Shown here one piece after another: positions 1 to 11,745 of a DNA stretch of 62,208 nt (within the stretch, counting starts at the first letter, position 1; every line of letters begins with the position of its first letter). The DNA comes from Chiloscyllium plagiosum (lineage: Eukaryota). The DNA lies in the NCBI RefSeq assembly GCF_004010195.1, contig NC_057719.1, positions 70,916,744 to 70,978,951 of the forward strand. Reading direction: 5' to 3'. Made by a program: the position numbers and the translations under genes. Below the pieces are notes generated by a model. It searched no databases, was not told where the DNA came from, and saw only the letters and a list, made by a program, of their open reading frames with translations.

Positions 1-596
1 ATAGAAAGCCTTAGGGTTTACCCTGATCCTATCCGCCAACAACTTCTCATGTCTCCTCCTGACTCTTCTGAGCTCTCTCTTTAGGTCTTTCCTGGCTACC
101 TTGTAACCCTCAAGCGCACTAACTGAACCTTCATATCTCATCCTAATATGAGATTCCACTTTCTTCATAAATCTCATCCTAATATGAGATTCCACTTTCT
201 TCACTTTCTTCGGCTCCCGCGCTCTACAGCTTCCTCCCTGCCTGACAGGTACATACTTATCTAGGACACACAGGAGCTTTTCCTTGAATAAGCTCCACAT
301 TTTTAATGTGCCTATCCCCTGCAGTTTCCTTCCCCATTCTATGCTTCCTGAATCTTGCCTAATCGCACCGTAATTGCCTTTCCCCCAGCTGTAACTCTTG
401 CCCAGTGGTATACACCTATCCCTTTCTATCACTAAAGTAAACATAACAGAATTGTGATCGCTATCACCAAAGTGCTCACCTACTTCCAAGTCTAACACCT
501 GGCCGGGCTCATTACCCATTACCAAATCTAATGTGGCTTTGCCCCTTGTTGGCCTATCCACATACTGTGTCAGGAAGCCCTCCTGCACACACTGGA
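1..596 (-). mobile_element. CR1/HER1-type LINE fragment (ORF2 endonuclease C-terminus and linker)
   Basis: Minus-strand translation QCVQEGFLTQYVDRPTRGKATLDLVMGNEPGQVLDLEVGEHFGDSDHN, a typical CR1 APE motif; runs off the window start. Confidence 0.9.
135..203. repeat. 33-bp exact direct repeat (period 36)
   Basis: ATCTCATCCTAATATGAGATTCCACTTTCTTCA at 135-167 and 171-203. Confidence 0.9.
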
Positions 597-1489
597 CTGA
601 ATAAACATCTTTTCCACATTCACTTTGTTAAGACCATTCAGAATCTTGTACACTTCAATCAATATTGCATCCTCTGATGACAATCCAAGTATCAATCTCA
701 CAAACCTACTGTGAACTGCCTCCAGTGCATTGCCATCAGGAGAAAGGTGATTATATCATGATAGACTTGATACACCCTCACTAGCTGGTTCTCCAATTGA
801 GAGATTGTGTTGCGGAGTCCAGCTTTTTGTGATACCTGGTAACAATTGAAGACTTACATGTTGAGAAAAATGTAGTTTCAGTTGATTGTGTGATGCTGCA
901 GAACACAATATTTTCAGTTTAAATTACTTCTTCCTTTAGATTCCCCATGAGAAGCTTTTAAAACATCTCCTACCTGTGATTTTGTTTCCTTTCAGTTGCT
1001 ACCCAAGTTGCTGTTGAGCTCTGACTCTTTAAGTAAGAAACAAAGGGAAGTTGTTTGTTCTACACATATTGATGCAATCTTCATAATTGAAGATTTAAAA
1101 TAAATCACATCTTTACCAAGAATAAAAGACACGCTAAGAATATAAAGTACAAAATGATATCACCAAAACTCGACTGTAATTTACAATTCAACATATTTCA
1201 TATTTTGAATTAATATTGAAAACTAAAGCCTACAATTATGTGAAGAGTATATGAGCTAAATACATAATGAAAGTCTATGCTATTATAGCTCTTGTAACAC
1301 CCATAACTTAAAGATGACTATTATAAATGAACTATCAGGCTCGTTCACTCATATGATAAAAATGTATCCTTTAGCTTTCTTTATTACCTTGGTGAGTTAC
1401 CTAAAATTAGGTTAGAGTATAATTGAGAACTCTGAATCAACATTTTCTAATAAAAAATGTTGTGCTTTTTAGGTCAATTGAGGAGCTAT

Positions 1490-1630
1490 ATAAAAAGGAA
1501 GGGTTTGGAGGGATATGGGCTGGGTGCTGGCAGTTGGGACTAGATTGGGTTAGGATATCTGGTCGACATGGACGGGTTGGACCAAAGGGTCTGTTTCCGT
1601 GCTGTACATCCACATGACTCTATGACTCTA
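1490..1630 (+). mobile_element. CR1/HER1 3' end
   Basis: GGGTTGGACCAAAGGGTCTGTTTCCGTGCTGTA followed by an (ATGACTCT)n tail. Confidence 0.85.
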
Positions 1631-2329
1631 AATGTTCTAAGCTGCTACACTGAGGATGAAGAGAAACAAGACTGTTTGTTGGAAAAAGATACAGATGCAA
1701 GACTACCAAATTACAAAGGGGCAACAATTTGTATTGAATAAGAAAAAAGGTGTTGATCAATTGGTCAGATGACTCTGATTGAACGAGGCTTTGCCTTAGA
1801 TAATGCATCAAGCTCTTGCTCAATGCTTTGACATGTTCCTTTTTCCTTCAGCACAGGTCTCTGCATAGTAATATGTGCATAGTAATTAGTAAACATTGCA
1901 TGCCAGGCATACAATCTTAATTTGGTTTTTAGTGCAATTCTTAGCACACTCAGGATTGTTCAGAAAATGTTGTTGAATTGTGGAAGGACATATCATGTTA
2001 TCATTATGTTCTGAGTTTTGCCCGCATGGATTGGATGAGTACAATTAGATCCTTGCCTGTTGCAAATGTTGATTGGGTGTGCTGTGTGATATGATCTGCC
2101 AGTTGTAAATATCAAATAAGAAGATGTAACAAGGGCTGACCAGAAGTTTCATCCAAAAGGGCTTTACGTATTTCAAAAAAAGGAAATGATGAAGGAAAGA
2201 GCAGACTATGGAATCCAGATGGTCGAGGTAATTGTTGAGCAGCATGAAGGCAAGATACATAAGAAAGCAAAGCCAAAGAGGGTTTTTTTTTGGACAAGAA
2301 ATTGGAGGCAGCCTCAGAATTTGGAAAGC

Positions 2330-2520
2330 TTTGAAGAGGTTTAAGAATCAGAATGAGAATATTAAAATGTGAGTTGTGACGAACTTGTTGTGGGATCGGA
2401 AATGGGCAACAGAGTTTTGGATGAGCTGAAAGCTAAGAGGCAAGCTGAGTCCAGAACTGGAATAGCTGAGTCCAGAACTGGAAAGGTGTAAATGAGCAGA
2501 TCAGTAAGGTACAGGCAGAG
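2330..2520 (-). mobile_element. old L2-like LINE fragment
   Basis: Minus strand CAG CTC ATC CAA AAC TCT (QLIQNS, cf. L2 LQLIQNSAA); includes a 20-bp tandem duplication at 2443-2483. Confidence 0.4.
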
Positions 2521-2600
2521 ATAGGGATACTACAGAGTTGTATGATGGTGCATGATGGAGTCAATATGGAATAAGAACTCTCTTTGCCTGGAATAACACA

Positions 2601-2820
2601 AGAATCATAGAATTCCTACAGTATAGATAGAGTCCATTTGGCCCATTGAGTCTGCACCAGCCCTGTGGAGAGCATATCACCCAACCCACTAGCCCACCCT
2701 ATCCCCATAACCCCACATTTATCATTGCTAATCCACCTAGCCTGCACATCTTTGGTCTGTGGGAAGAAACTGGAACACCCAGTGGAAATGCATGCAGATA
2801 CAGGAAGAATGTGCAAACAT
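2601..2820 (-). mobile_element. HE1-type (V-SINE) SINE, 5'-truncated
   Basis: V-domain CTGCACATCTTTGGTCTGTGGGAAGAAACTGGAACACCC and CR1-like tail; matches the other HE1 copies in the window. Confidence 0.9.
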
Positions 2821-4199
2821 GAAATTGCAAATGTTCTAGTTCAACTTGAAACAATAGCCAGGAGCAGATTTGAGTCAATGTTGATTGAACTAGGTTCATG
2901 AAAGAAGTGGAAGGGAAGTTTTTAAACTATCAGAGGTTTAATTATTGTGGTTGTAGAAGTGGAAGCTGATTTCATCCCGTGAAGTAACCCAAATTAAATC
3001 TACTCATGTACTAGAAAAGTATCATGACCATGCAATACTAGCGGTTGGGCAAATAATTTTTTTGCCTGCTACAAATAAGTTTCTGAAGGAATTTATAATA
3101 CATCTTTTTTTAACAAGGTTCAAATAGTTGTCATTGGATGTACAATTGATTGCATTGTTCACCTCCCTAATTTTTCACAATCACTGCAGACATGTCCTCA
3201 CTAAGTCTGAAGCTGTTAATGCCAAATCTGTCAAATTTCTTCAGAACTGGCATGTGTCAGTTATTTTTAAGCAGCAATTAGTAATTGATTTTTTCTATAA
3301 AATTGGAGTCCCCAATGAAGAATTAGATTTCCAAGCTGTTTTTGTCTTCCCAATCATGTTGCAGTTAAAACTTCCTTAATGGTAACCATTAACTCAAAGA
3401 TCTCTCAAAATCTTGTGAGAGAGATAGGTCCCTTAATTTTCGATCTTGGGTGTCAGTTTTCTCCTCCACCACTTTGCTTTTCAACACACTTATACCTCGT
3501 TGGAGTATGATTGCGTGCTGGTATTGCTCCCCAAAGTGGGCTTTTATTCACGTGTGAGTCTTTGCAGTGAATTTTAACAGGTTAATTGGTCACATGAAGC
3601 ATCAAAGAAAAGTAATCAGCTGATGTGGGAGCAAGGGGCAAGTAGTAGGTGGCTGACCTTATTTCATTTTTGTAACTTTATCCCAATTAATTAGTAGTCC
3701 TGCTGACTCATCTCTTACACATGAGGAAATACAAAATAGTTTTCATTATTGAGTTGAACAATAAAGAATAGAATGTTTCAAAGAGTAAAAAATCTTTCCT
3801 TCCCTGTCATATTTCTTAGCGCCTGTATCATTTTGAAAGAGCTCATCTATTCCATCCTTTCTTTGTGTAGAGCAACGGCCTCAAGAAAACAGCGCATGAT
3901 GTACCAAATTCTTTTTTAACACAATTGCAATGCTGGTACAAGTGGTGATGGTAAAGTTACATTGTTCATTTCCATTGTAATTTGATCAGCTGAATCAGAA
4001 CTGAGCAGTTACACTTAAGTGCATGTGCACATTTTACTCACTCTTCAGCTGATGATGAAATATTTAAGCTTCCAATGATAGAGAGGAATCAAGCATTCAT
4101 TAAGATCTTAGCTAATTTTAAAAGGGAATCAAACAATTCAATAAATGACTTCAATAATATTTGAAGTTATAGATTTGGTTTAAATTAGCTCTATTAATT

Positions 4200-5030
4200 T
4201 GAAAACTGTAAAAGCAGCAATTTATTACATTTCTTGAAAATCTTCAGGTGTGTTTTAAATGAATGTCATTGTTATGCAGAAGAAAAGAACTACTAATCTG
4301 CACTAAGCAGCAGCCCACAAACAGCAAGAAAACAAATTATCAGGTAACTCTGTTTGAATCGCTTGATGGTCGAATTTAAGTAAGATATCGATAGAACTCT
4401 TCTTTGCATATTACCAGAATTGTTTTTACATCCACTTGAATCAATACAACAAAACAATTTGCATTTAAATAACATTTTCCACACAAAGTATTATATGGCA
4501 TTTCGCGAGTACTTTCGGCAGTTCAGTTGGTGGAAAGTTTATCGAGGCAGGGAAGCTTCAGGAAAAGGCAAAATGATGCCACCTTTGAACCATGTTTCTA
4601 TCAAAAACCAAGATATAAGTACAATCATTCCCAGAATAAAACTGTGGATGGCAAAGCTCGTACATAAGAGTGAATGGACAGGCTGGGGAGAAATGTAGAC
4701 AGAGATTGTGTTTGACCACTGCCAGAACCCAAAAGGCAGTTGCGTGTGGGGTGAGTGACATGCAAAGGTATGTTGCAATATTAACAGCTGGACCAGAAGT
4801 CGCGAAAAGAGGATGGATTGCTGCTGATATAGTATGCAGTGTCTAACATCTCAATCTGACATTTGTAGAGTCTAAGACAGGCATGGAGGATGATCATGGT
4901 CTCACTGGGGACGAGCTCAAGCCAAGGACTACAACAGGAGAGTGTCTTTAGAGGATTGGACAGTAATGTCTTCAACAATGCAGGACTGTCTCAGCATTGC
5001 ATTTTAATTTTTAGTGTGGTTTTCTGCTTT
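4200..5030 (-). mobile_element. very old DeuSINE (SacSINE1-like) remnant interrupted by an unclassified ~450-bp insert (~4490-4955)
   Basis: CCCACAAACAGCAA (also at 58705), TTTTACATCCACTTGA, and a resumption at ~4970 (CAACAATGCAGGACTGTCTCAGCATTGCA) resemble the Deu domain. Confidence 0.45.
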
Positions 5031-6389
5031 TAAACAGTGAGCTGACAACACTAGCTTACTTCATCAGACTCAACACCACTGTTGGGTCAGGCAGGCCAAA
5101 TGTCATGCAGTGTGAATAGAAAGCTTTTGAACCTCATAGTTCAGACTGAAGCATGAAATGCTTCGTCCTCAAGTCCATAATTATGAATATTGAATGTGAA
5201 ATCTGCTGTCTGGTCAGATAACCCTGTCAGCCTCACACACATCATCCTCACCATCCTCCTCCTGCCCAAACCTTGCACCCCGAATAAGACTCTAATATGC
5301 AAACCTCTTTAACGGGAAACTTATTCAGCTTCTTCATTGTTAAATATTAGCTATGTTGTTCAAAAATTGAATTTAGCTGTGAGATTGCACCTTTAACAAT
5401 GATTGACATTAGTATAGTTTTCCTCATTGGGTCAGTAAGTTCATCTCAATTAATCCCCTTAATGGATACCCACAACCTGGAAAAAATGAGCAAAGTAGAA
5501 AATATGTGAAACCTTAGAAAAAGTTACAAACTTTTAAAATGTATAACTTCTGTCTTGAAACAGCTGTAATTCAATGGTAGTTGGTGGAAAGTTGCAGCAC
5601 TGTGAGTGAGGTAGCCTTCATCTGTTGGTAAAGGTTTTCATGCAGCAACAGTCAGACAGTCTTACAGAAAAACAAGGCTTTTCACTCAAGCATTTTGTTT
5701 CTATTTGAAATCAGAATGACAATGGATTCTGATAGTTTGAATTTGGCCTTAACTTTTGAAAACATCATCATCTATGTGTAATTCATAACTTAGAGTTCTA
5801 AATTCCACTGAGGACCAGAATCTTCCACAGTGGGGACCTCCTCCAGAGTCAAGTTGCATTTAAACATCCTGTGAATTTTGTTTTGAATACACAAGTACAT
5901 AGATGTGAAATGGGAGCAATTGTTACAAATCATCATAAAGGTTTGAAGCCTCAGTAAATTATTGATCGCATAAATTTCCTTGCTTTATTCAATTCAGTTA
6001 AAAATCTGAATTCAATTTCTAATTTACTCAGTCATCATAATATATTTTAAGTACAACACATTTAAGAGTTTGCAATAGCCTTTCTAACTTCAGAAGTAAG
6101 GATGTTTGCCAATGAATGTATAGTGTAAATACCATTTGTCACCCCGCAGATGCTGAAACAATCTCTGCCCACATACAGCAAGACCTGGACAACATTCATA
6201 CTTGGGCTGACAAGAGGCAAGTGACATGTTACATAAATGCCAGAGAATGAACAATGGCAAAAGGGAATCTAACCAGCTTCCCCTGACCTTCAATGGAATG
6301 GATATTGCCAAATTCACTCAACGTCAAGCTTCTGGGGGTTACCAAACAAATTAACTGGATCAGCCAAATAGATAGAGTGGCTCCAAGTG

Positions 6390-8062
6390 TAGACAATAGA
6401 CAATAGGTGCAAGAGTAGGCCATTCTGCCCTTCGAGCCTGCACCACCATTCAATATGATCATGGCTGATCATCCTTAATCAGTATCCTGTTCCTGCCTTA
6501 TTTCCATAACCCTTGATTCCACAATCCTTGAGAGCTCTATCCAACTCTTTCTTAAATGAATCCAGAGACTGGGCCTCCACTGCCCTCTGGGGCAGAGCAT
6601 TCCACACAGCCACCATTCTCTGGATGAAGAAGTTTTCCTTATCTCTGTCCTAAATGGTCTACCCCGTATTTTTAAGCAGGAAACATGTTTCCTGCCTCAA
6701 GAGTGTCCAATCCTTTAATAATCTTATATGTCTCAATCAGATCCCCTCTCAGTCTTCTAAACTCAAGGGTACACAAGCCCAGTCGCTCCAGTCTTTCAGT
6801 GTAAGGTAGTACCGNNNNNNNNNNNNNNNNNNNNNNNNNNNNNNNNNNNNNNNNNNNNNNNNNNNNNNNNNNNNNNNNNNNNNNNNNNNNNNNNNNNNNN
6901 NNNNNNNNNNNNNNNNNNNNNNNNNNNNNNNNNNNNNNNNNNNNNNNNNNNNNNNNNNNNNNNNNNNNNNNNNNNNNNNNNNNNNNNNNNNNNNNNNNNN
7001 NNNNNNNNNNNNNNNNNNNNNNNNNNNNNNNNNNNNNNNNNNNNNNNNNNNNNNNNNNNNNNNNNNNNNNNNNNNNNNNNNNNNNNNNNNNNNNNNNNNN
7101 NNNNNNNNNNNNNNNNNNNNNNNNNNNNNNNNNNNNNNNNNNNNNNNNNNNNNNNNNNNNNNNNNNNNNNNNNNNNNNNNNNNNNNNNNNNNNNNNNNNN
7201 NNNNNNNNNNNNNNNNNNNNNNNNNNNNNNNNNNNNNNNNNNNNNNNNNNNNNNNNNNNNNNNNNNNNNNNNNNNNNNNNNNNNNNNNNNNNNNNNNNNN
7301 NNNNNNNNNNNNNNNNNNNNNNNNNNNNNNNNNNNNNNNNNNNNNNNNNNNNNNNNNNNNNNNNNNNNNNNNNNNNNNNNNNNNNNNNNNNNNNNNNNNN
7401 NNNNNNNNNNNNNNNNNNNNNNNNNNNNNNNNNNNNNNNNNNNNNNNNNNNNNNNNNNNNNNNNNNNTAATTTCATCCTTTATAATTGACTCCAGCATCT
7501 TTGCCACCACTGAGGTCAGACTAACTGGTCTATAATTTCCTGTTTTCTCTCTCCCACCTTTCTTAAAAAGTGGTAAAACATTAGCCACCCTCCAATCCAC
7601 AGGAACTGATCCCGAATCTATCAAACTCTGGAAAATAATCATCAACGCATCCACGATTTCTCGAGCTATCTTTTTCAGTACCCTGGGATGTAGACCATCA
7701 GGCCCCGGGGACTTATCAACCTTCAGACCTAACAGTCTCTCCAACACCAATTCCTAGCAAATATAAATTCCCTTCAGTTCAGGTCCTTCAGCCACTGTTA
7801 GCTCAGGGAGATTGCTTTTGTCTTCCCCAGTGAACACAGATCTGAAGTACCAATTCAATTCTTCTGCCATTTCTTTGTTCCCCGTAATATATTCCCCTTT
7901 TTCTATCTTCAAGGGCCCAATTTTAGTCTTAACCATTTTTTTTTGCCTTTCACATACCTTTTACTATCCTCCTTTGTATTTTTGGCCAGTTTACCTTCGT
8001 ACCTCATTTTTTCTCTGCGTATTTCCTTCTTAGTAATCCTCTGTTGTTCTTTAAAAGCTTCA
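6390..8062 (-). mobile_element. relatively young CR1 LINE, 5'-truncated, spanning the gap
   Basis: VDKSPGPDGLHPRVLK...WRVANVLPLFKKGGREKTGNYRPVSLTSVVAKMLESII (RT N-terminus); 3' UTR and (TTGTCTA)n tail at 6390-6410. Confidence 0.92.
6815..7467. other. assembly gap (653 N)
   Basis: Run of N; ORF-track entries crossing it are artefacts. Confidence 1.
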
Positions 8063-8328
8063 AATCGGAATCTGGAAATCTACCTCCAAATTCTGCTGTC
8101 TACATGGCTCAAGTCAAGAGTATGTTAGCATATGGCTGACATTCTTGCATGATTGTAGCTGTAAGAAGCTCAGTATCAGTCAGGACAAAGCCTGCTGTTT
8201 TAATTGGCATACCATTTTAAACGTTCACACCCAACAGTGCATTGTGACAACAGTGTGTACTACCTAGAAGATTCAAAGCAACAACTCAACAGGGCTCATT
8301 TCACAGCCCCTCAACCACAAAGCAGTAT

Positions 8329-8618
8329 TCATGATTCGGAGATGCCGGTGTTGGACTGGGGTGTACAAAGTTAAAGATCACACAACACCAGGTTATGAAA
8401 GAAGTGAAACTATCACTGTATTCTAACAGATGAAAGGCTTAACAAACAATCAATTCTTCAATGTATAATTTCAGTTACATCACACTGCAAATTTTTGCTA
8501 TAAATTCTGTGTTACGATCGAGCCCTCCACAATCACCTGATGAAGGAGCGTGGCTCCGAAAGCTAGTGTGCTTCCAATTAAACCTGTTGGACTGTAACCT
8601 GGTGTTGTGTGATTTTTA
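8329..8618 (+). mobile_element. short non-autonomous Penelope-like element (family A), fold-back arrangement
   Basis: 12-bp TSD ACAAAGCAGTAT (8317-8328, 8619-8630); inverted repeat 8370-8395 vs 8595-8620; hammerhead-like motif. Confidence 0.75.
8534..8568 (+). ncRNA. minimal type I hammerhead ribozyme motif (Penelope-associated)
   Basis: CAC-CTGATGA-A-GGAGC-GTG-GCTCC-GAAA-GCT-A-GTG: conserved core, 5-bp stem II, palindromic AGCT stem III, CAC/GTG stem I. Confidence 0.65.
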
Positions 8619-8700
8619 ACAAAGCAGTATGCATGTGAACACAAGTATCTGCATGCTTTTCTTCAAGTCACACATCAGCCTTACTTGGAACTATATCACT

Positions 8701-8842
8701 CTTGAAAGCTGAAAACATGTTGCTGGAAAAGCGCAGCAGGTCAGGCAGCATCCAAGGAGCAGGAGAATCAATGTTTCGGGCTTGAAGAAGCTCTCTTCCT
8801 CCCTCTACAAGTCTCCAGCATCTGCAGTCCTCACTTTCTCCT
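8701..8842. mobile_element. short Penelope-like element (family B)
   Basis: 11-bp TSD ACTATATCACT (8690-8700, 8843-8853); GCTGGAAAAGCGCAGCAGGTCAGGCAGCATC shared with the copies at 31834 and 57903. Confidence 0.7.
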
Positions 8843-9205
8843 ACTATATCACTGTTCCCTCACTGTCACAGAATCAAAATTGTGGAACTTCCTCTCTAAC
8901 ACTTTTGTAGATGTACTTACACCACATGGTTCAAGAACATAGCTGATCACTACCTCTTCAATCAATTTGAGATGGATGCCAATCACTGATCTTGCCAATA
9001 ATACCTATGCATCAACAACAAATAAAATCAAATCAGGTGAGTTCTTCAATTCATGTTTCAAATACCTTAAAATACACTTAAATAAAACAAAGTAAATAAA
9101 GTGCAGATCTCAATGAGCATGAGTAAAAATAAAATTAAAACTAAAGTACTGTAAGATTCAGCTTCTTAGCAAGCACGGCAAGGAGACAGTGACGTAGTGA
9201 TAATA

Positions 9206-9513
9206 TTAGATTCCCGACAGTGTGGAAACAGGCCCTTCGGCCCAACAAGTCCACACCGAAGAGCAACCCACCCAGACCCATTTACCCCTGAATAATGTAC
9301 CTAACACCACAGGCAATTTAGCATGGCTAATTCACCTAATCTGCACATCTTTGGATTGTAGGAGGAAACCGGAGCACCCAGAGGAAACCCACACAGACAG
9401 TCCACGGGGAGAATGTGCAAACTCCACACAGACAGTCACCCGAGGCTGGAATTGAGCCTGGGACCCTGGTACTGTGAGGCAACAGTGCTAACCACTTAGC
9501 CACTGTGCTGCCC
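9206..9513 (-). mobile_element. HE1 SINE, full length
   Basis: Minus-strand tRNA head GGGCAGCACAGTGGCTAAGTGGTTAGCACTG, V-domain, CR1-like tail. Confidence 0.93.
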
Positions 9514-9526
9514 ACTAAGGTTTATA

Positions 9527-9798
9527 TTAAATTACTTACAGTGTGGAAACAGGCCCTTCAGCCCAACCAATCCACACCGACCCTCCGAAGAGTAACCCAC
9601 CCAGACCCAATTCCCTCTGACTAATGCACCTAACACGATGGGCAATTTAGCATGGCCAATTCACCTGACCTGCACATCTTTGGACTGTGGGAGGAAACAG
9701 GAGCATCCGGAGAAAACCCACACAGACAGTCACCCGAAGGTGGAATCAAACCTGAGACCTTGGTGCTGTCAGGCAGCAGTGCTAACCACTGAGCCACC
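9527..9798 (-). mobile_element. HE1 SINE
   Basis: Second adjacent copy with head GGTGGCTCAGTGGTTAGCACTGCTGCC and a small internal deletion. Confidence 0.93.
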
Positions 9799-11089
9799 AG
9801 GCACTGGAGAAGTATTCCGGAACCCCAGGCTGTTTGGTACAAGGGTTTGAAACTTAGCATGGCAGATAGTGAAATTTGAATTTAATAAAAATCTGGGATT
9901 GAAAGCCAAATGAAGACCAATGTTGGAGAAAAAAAAACTCTTCTGGTTCCCTAATGCCCTTTAGGGAAATAAATCTTGTCCTTACCTGGTTTTTCCCCAC
10001 CCCACTCTCCCCCCAATACGATTTCAGGCTGACAGCAATGTGGTTGACTCTTAATTACCCTCTGAAATGGGACTACAGATCAAGGGATGAGCAACAGATG
10101 CTGACCCCGTCAGCTAGAAACACCCACATCCCATGAATGAATTAAAAAAAACATTGTGGAAGCTCATACATCAAGCTCCGTAGCTTTGGTGTGGAGGGTA
10201 GAGCAGGGAAGCTGGTTCATGTTTGGAGGTGCACATGATCGGAGGGTTTGAAAGACAACAGAAAGTGATTAAGGAGATTGTGCCTTTTACTTGCAGAATT
10301 CTGCAAGCATTTAGGCGTCATTATTAATATATGTACCTATGAATGCAAATATGGAGGAGATCTAAGTTCAACATACTTACTTCTCCATTGTATCAATGTT
10401 TAATTTTATAAATATTTATGCAGCAACCATTTTACATGGATGATAGCTGGCTGATATTTTTAAATTGTGTTCACCCCAGTAAAATTGCCTTTTTGCTTTT
10501 ACAGAATCCCTTGTGTTTTGTGCTCATCTTGGTAAAGCTGATACAATTATTTCAGACAAACCAGGCAAAAGTGTAAGAAATTGCACCTGTTTTTGGTAAG
10601 GTGACAATAAGACATGGATATGGGATTCAGCTATTTTGACTAGGAAGGAAAAATCTGTAGCTTGTGTACAATAATGTAACATATAGGTTACCAACCTACA
10701 CATGAAAAAATATTTCTTATCATTGCAAAATACATTTCCTGTGTTATAGACCAAAGTGATTGGAATGATATCAAGATAGTAACTTGTAACGTAAGTATAG
10801 CAGTTTGTCTTGGACTTTTTTTTTCCAAAATACTGCATCTCAGTCAATAAGCAGTTATGACATTCTGTATTCAGTAGCATAAATTGCAGTATTGTAACAG
10901 TTATGGCAAAATTATGTGGCATTGACATGTGAATTCTTTGTCATTGCCACAAAGTCTTGTGAAGTGAAATCCATAGCTTAAAATAGGGAAATATTTTTAA
11001 AACCTTTTGTTCACTTTGCTTTACTACTAATATCTAATAATATCACCTTCTTTAAGATGTAGGTTTCAGTGAGAAACTAATTCTGCTAT

Positions 11090-11745
11090 TGGAGATAGGA
11101 GCAGGAATAGGCCATTTAGCCACTAAAACCTGCTCAACCTTAAAGATGTGGTTGATGAACCACCTCAATGCCATATTACTGCTTCATCCCAATATTCCTT
11201 GATGCCATTCATAACTTGAAATATCTCAGTCTCTGTCGCAAACTTACTTAATAACTGCGCTTCCAATGTTCACTGCTCTTTAAACAACTTGCTCCTCATC
11301 TCAGGATTAAATGGGTTGTCTTTAAGTCTAAGCCTGTGTCCCCTTTTTCTTGACCTCACAGCCAGGGGAAACATCCACTCTGCATCTACTTTGTCTATCC
11401 ATTTAAACATTTTGTAAGTTTCTATGAGATCATCTTTCATTCTTTTAAACTGCAGAGAATACAAAGTCTCCTCAATCTGTCTTTATGACTCAGTCCCACC
11501 ATTCCTAGGAATTAATCTACTGAAACTCCACTACACTCTTTCTAGGGTGAGTACATCTTACCTCAGGCAAGGGGACCGGAGCTACACACAATATTTACTC
11601 CATTTGCTGCCTCATCAGTGATCGAAACAATTGAAGCAAGTCATTTTTGCTCCTGCGCTCAAATTGTCTTGTGATAAACTGTTTTCTACACCTGCATTCC
11701 AGCTTTCACTGATTTAAAAACAAGGACAAGTAGGTCCCTTATCAC
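11090..11745 (-). mobile_element. old CR1 3' fragment
   Basis: YSLQFKRMKDDLIETYKMFKWIDKVDAEWMFPL (CR1 ORF2 C-terminus) and 3' stem-loop region. Confidence 0.85.

Larger units (their letters stand above)
6150..9030 (+). mobile_element. CR1-group LINE (family X) 3' half, split by three nested insertions
   Basis: QQDLDNIHTWADK at ~6175; continues after 8062, 8630 and 8853 collinearly with the family X copies at 30010-30748 and 39050-39645. Confidence 0.75.
9183..10150 (+). mobile_element. tRNA-derived SINE sharing head and tail with LINE family X, interrupted by two HE1 copies
   Basis: A-box-like TGACGTAGTGA (~9190), B-box-like GGTTTGAAAC (~9844), tail CCCACATCCCATGAATGAATTAAAAAAA matching family X 3' ends. 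Confidence 0.7.

Noticed and set aside
4420..4698. CpG-containing ORF or terminal exon candidate
   Set aside because: Straddles a DeuSINE remnant and the insert within it; no good splice sites or recognisable peptide.
6749..7750. 333-aa and 226-aa ORFs
   Set aside because: Artefacts of reading through N. The real content is CR1 RT, and the 653-N gap looks shorter than the CR1 sequence expected between the flanks.
9430..9513. tRNA-like sequences (also ~9750, ~22390, ~59470, ~60100)
   Set aside because: These are SINE heads, each followed by a SINE body, not tRNA genes.
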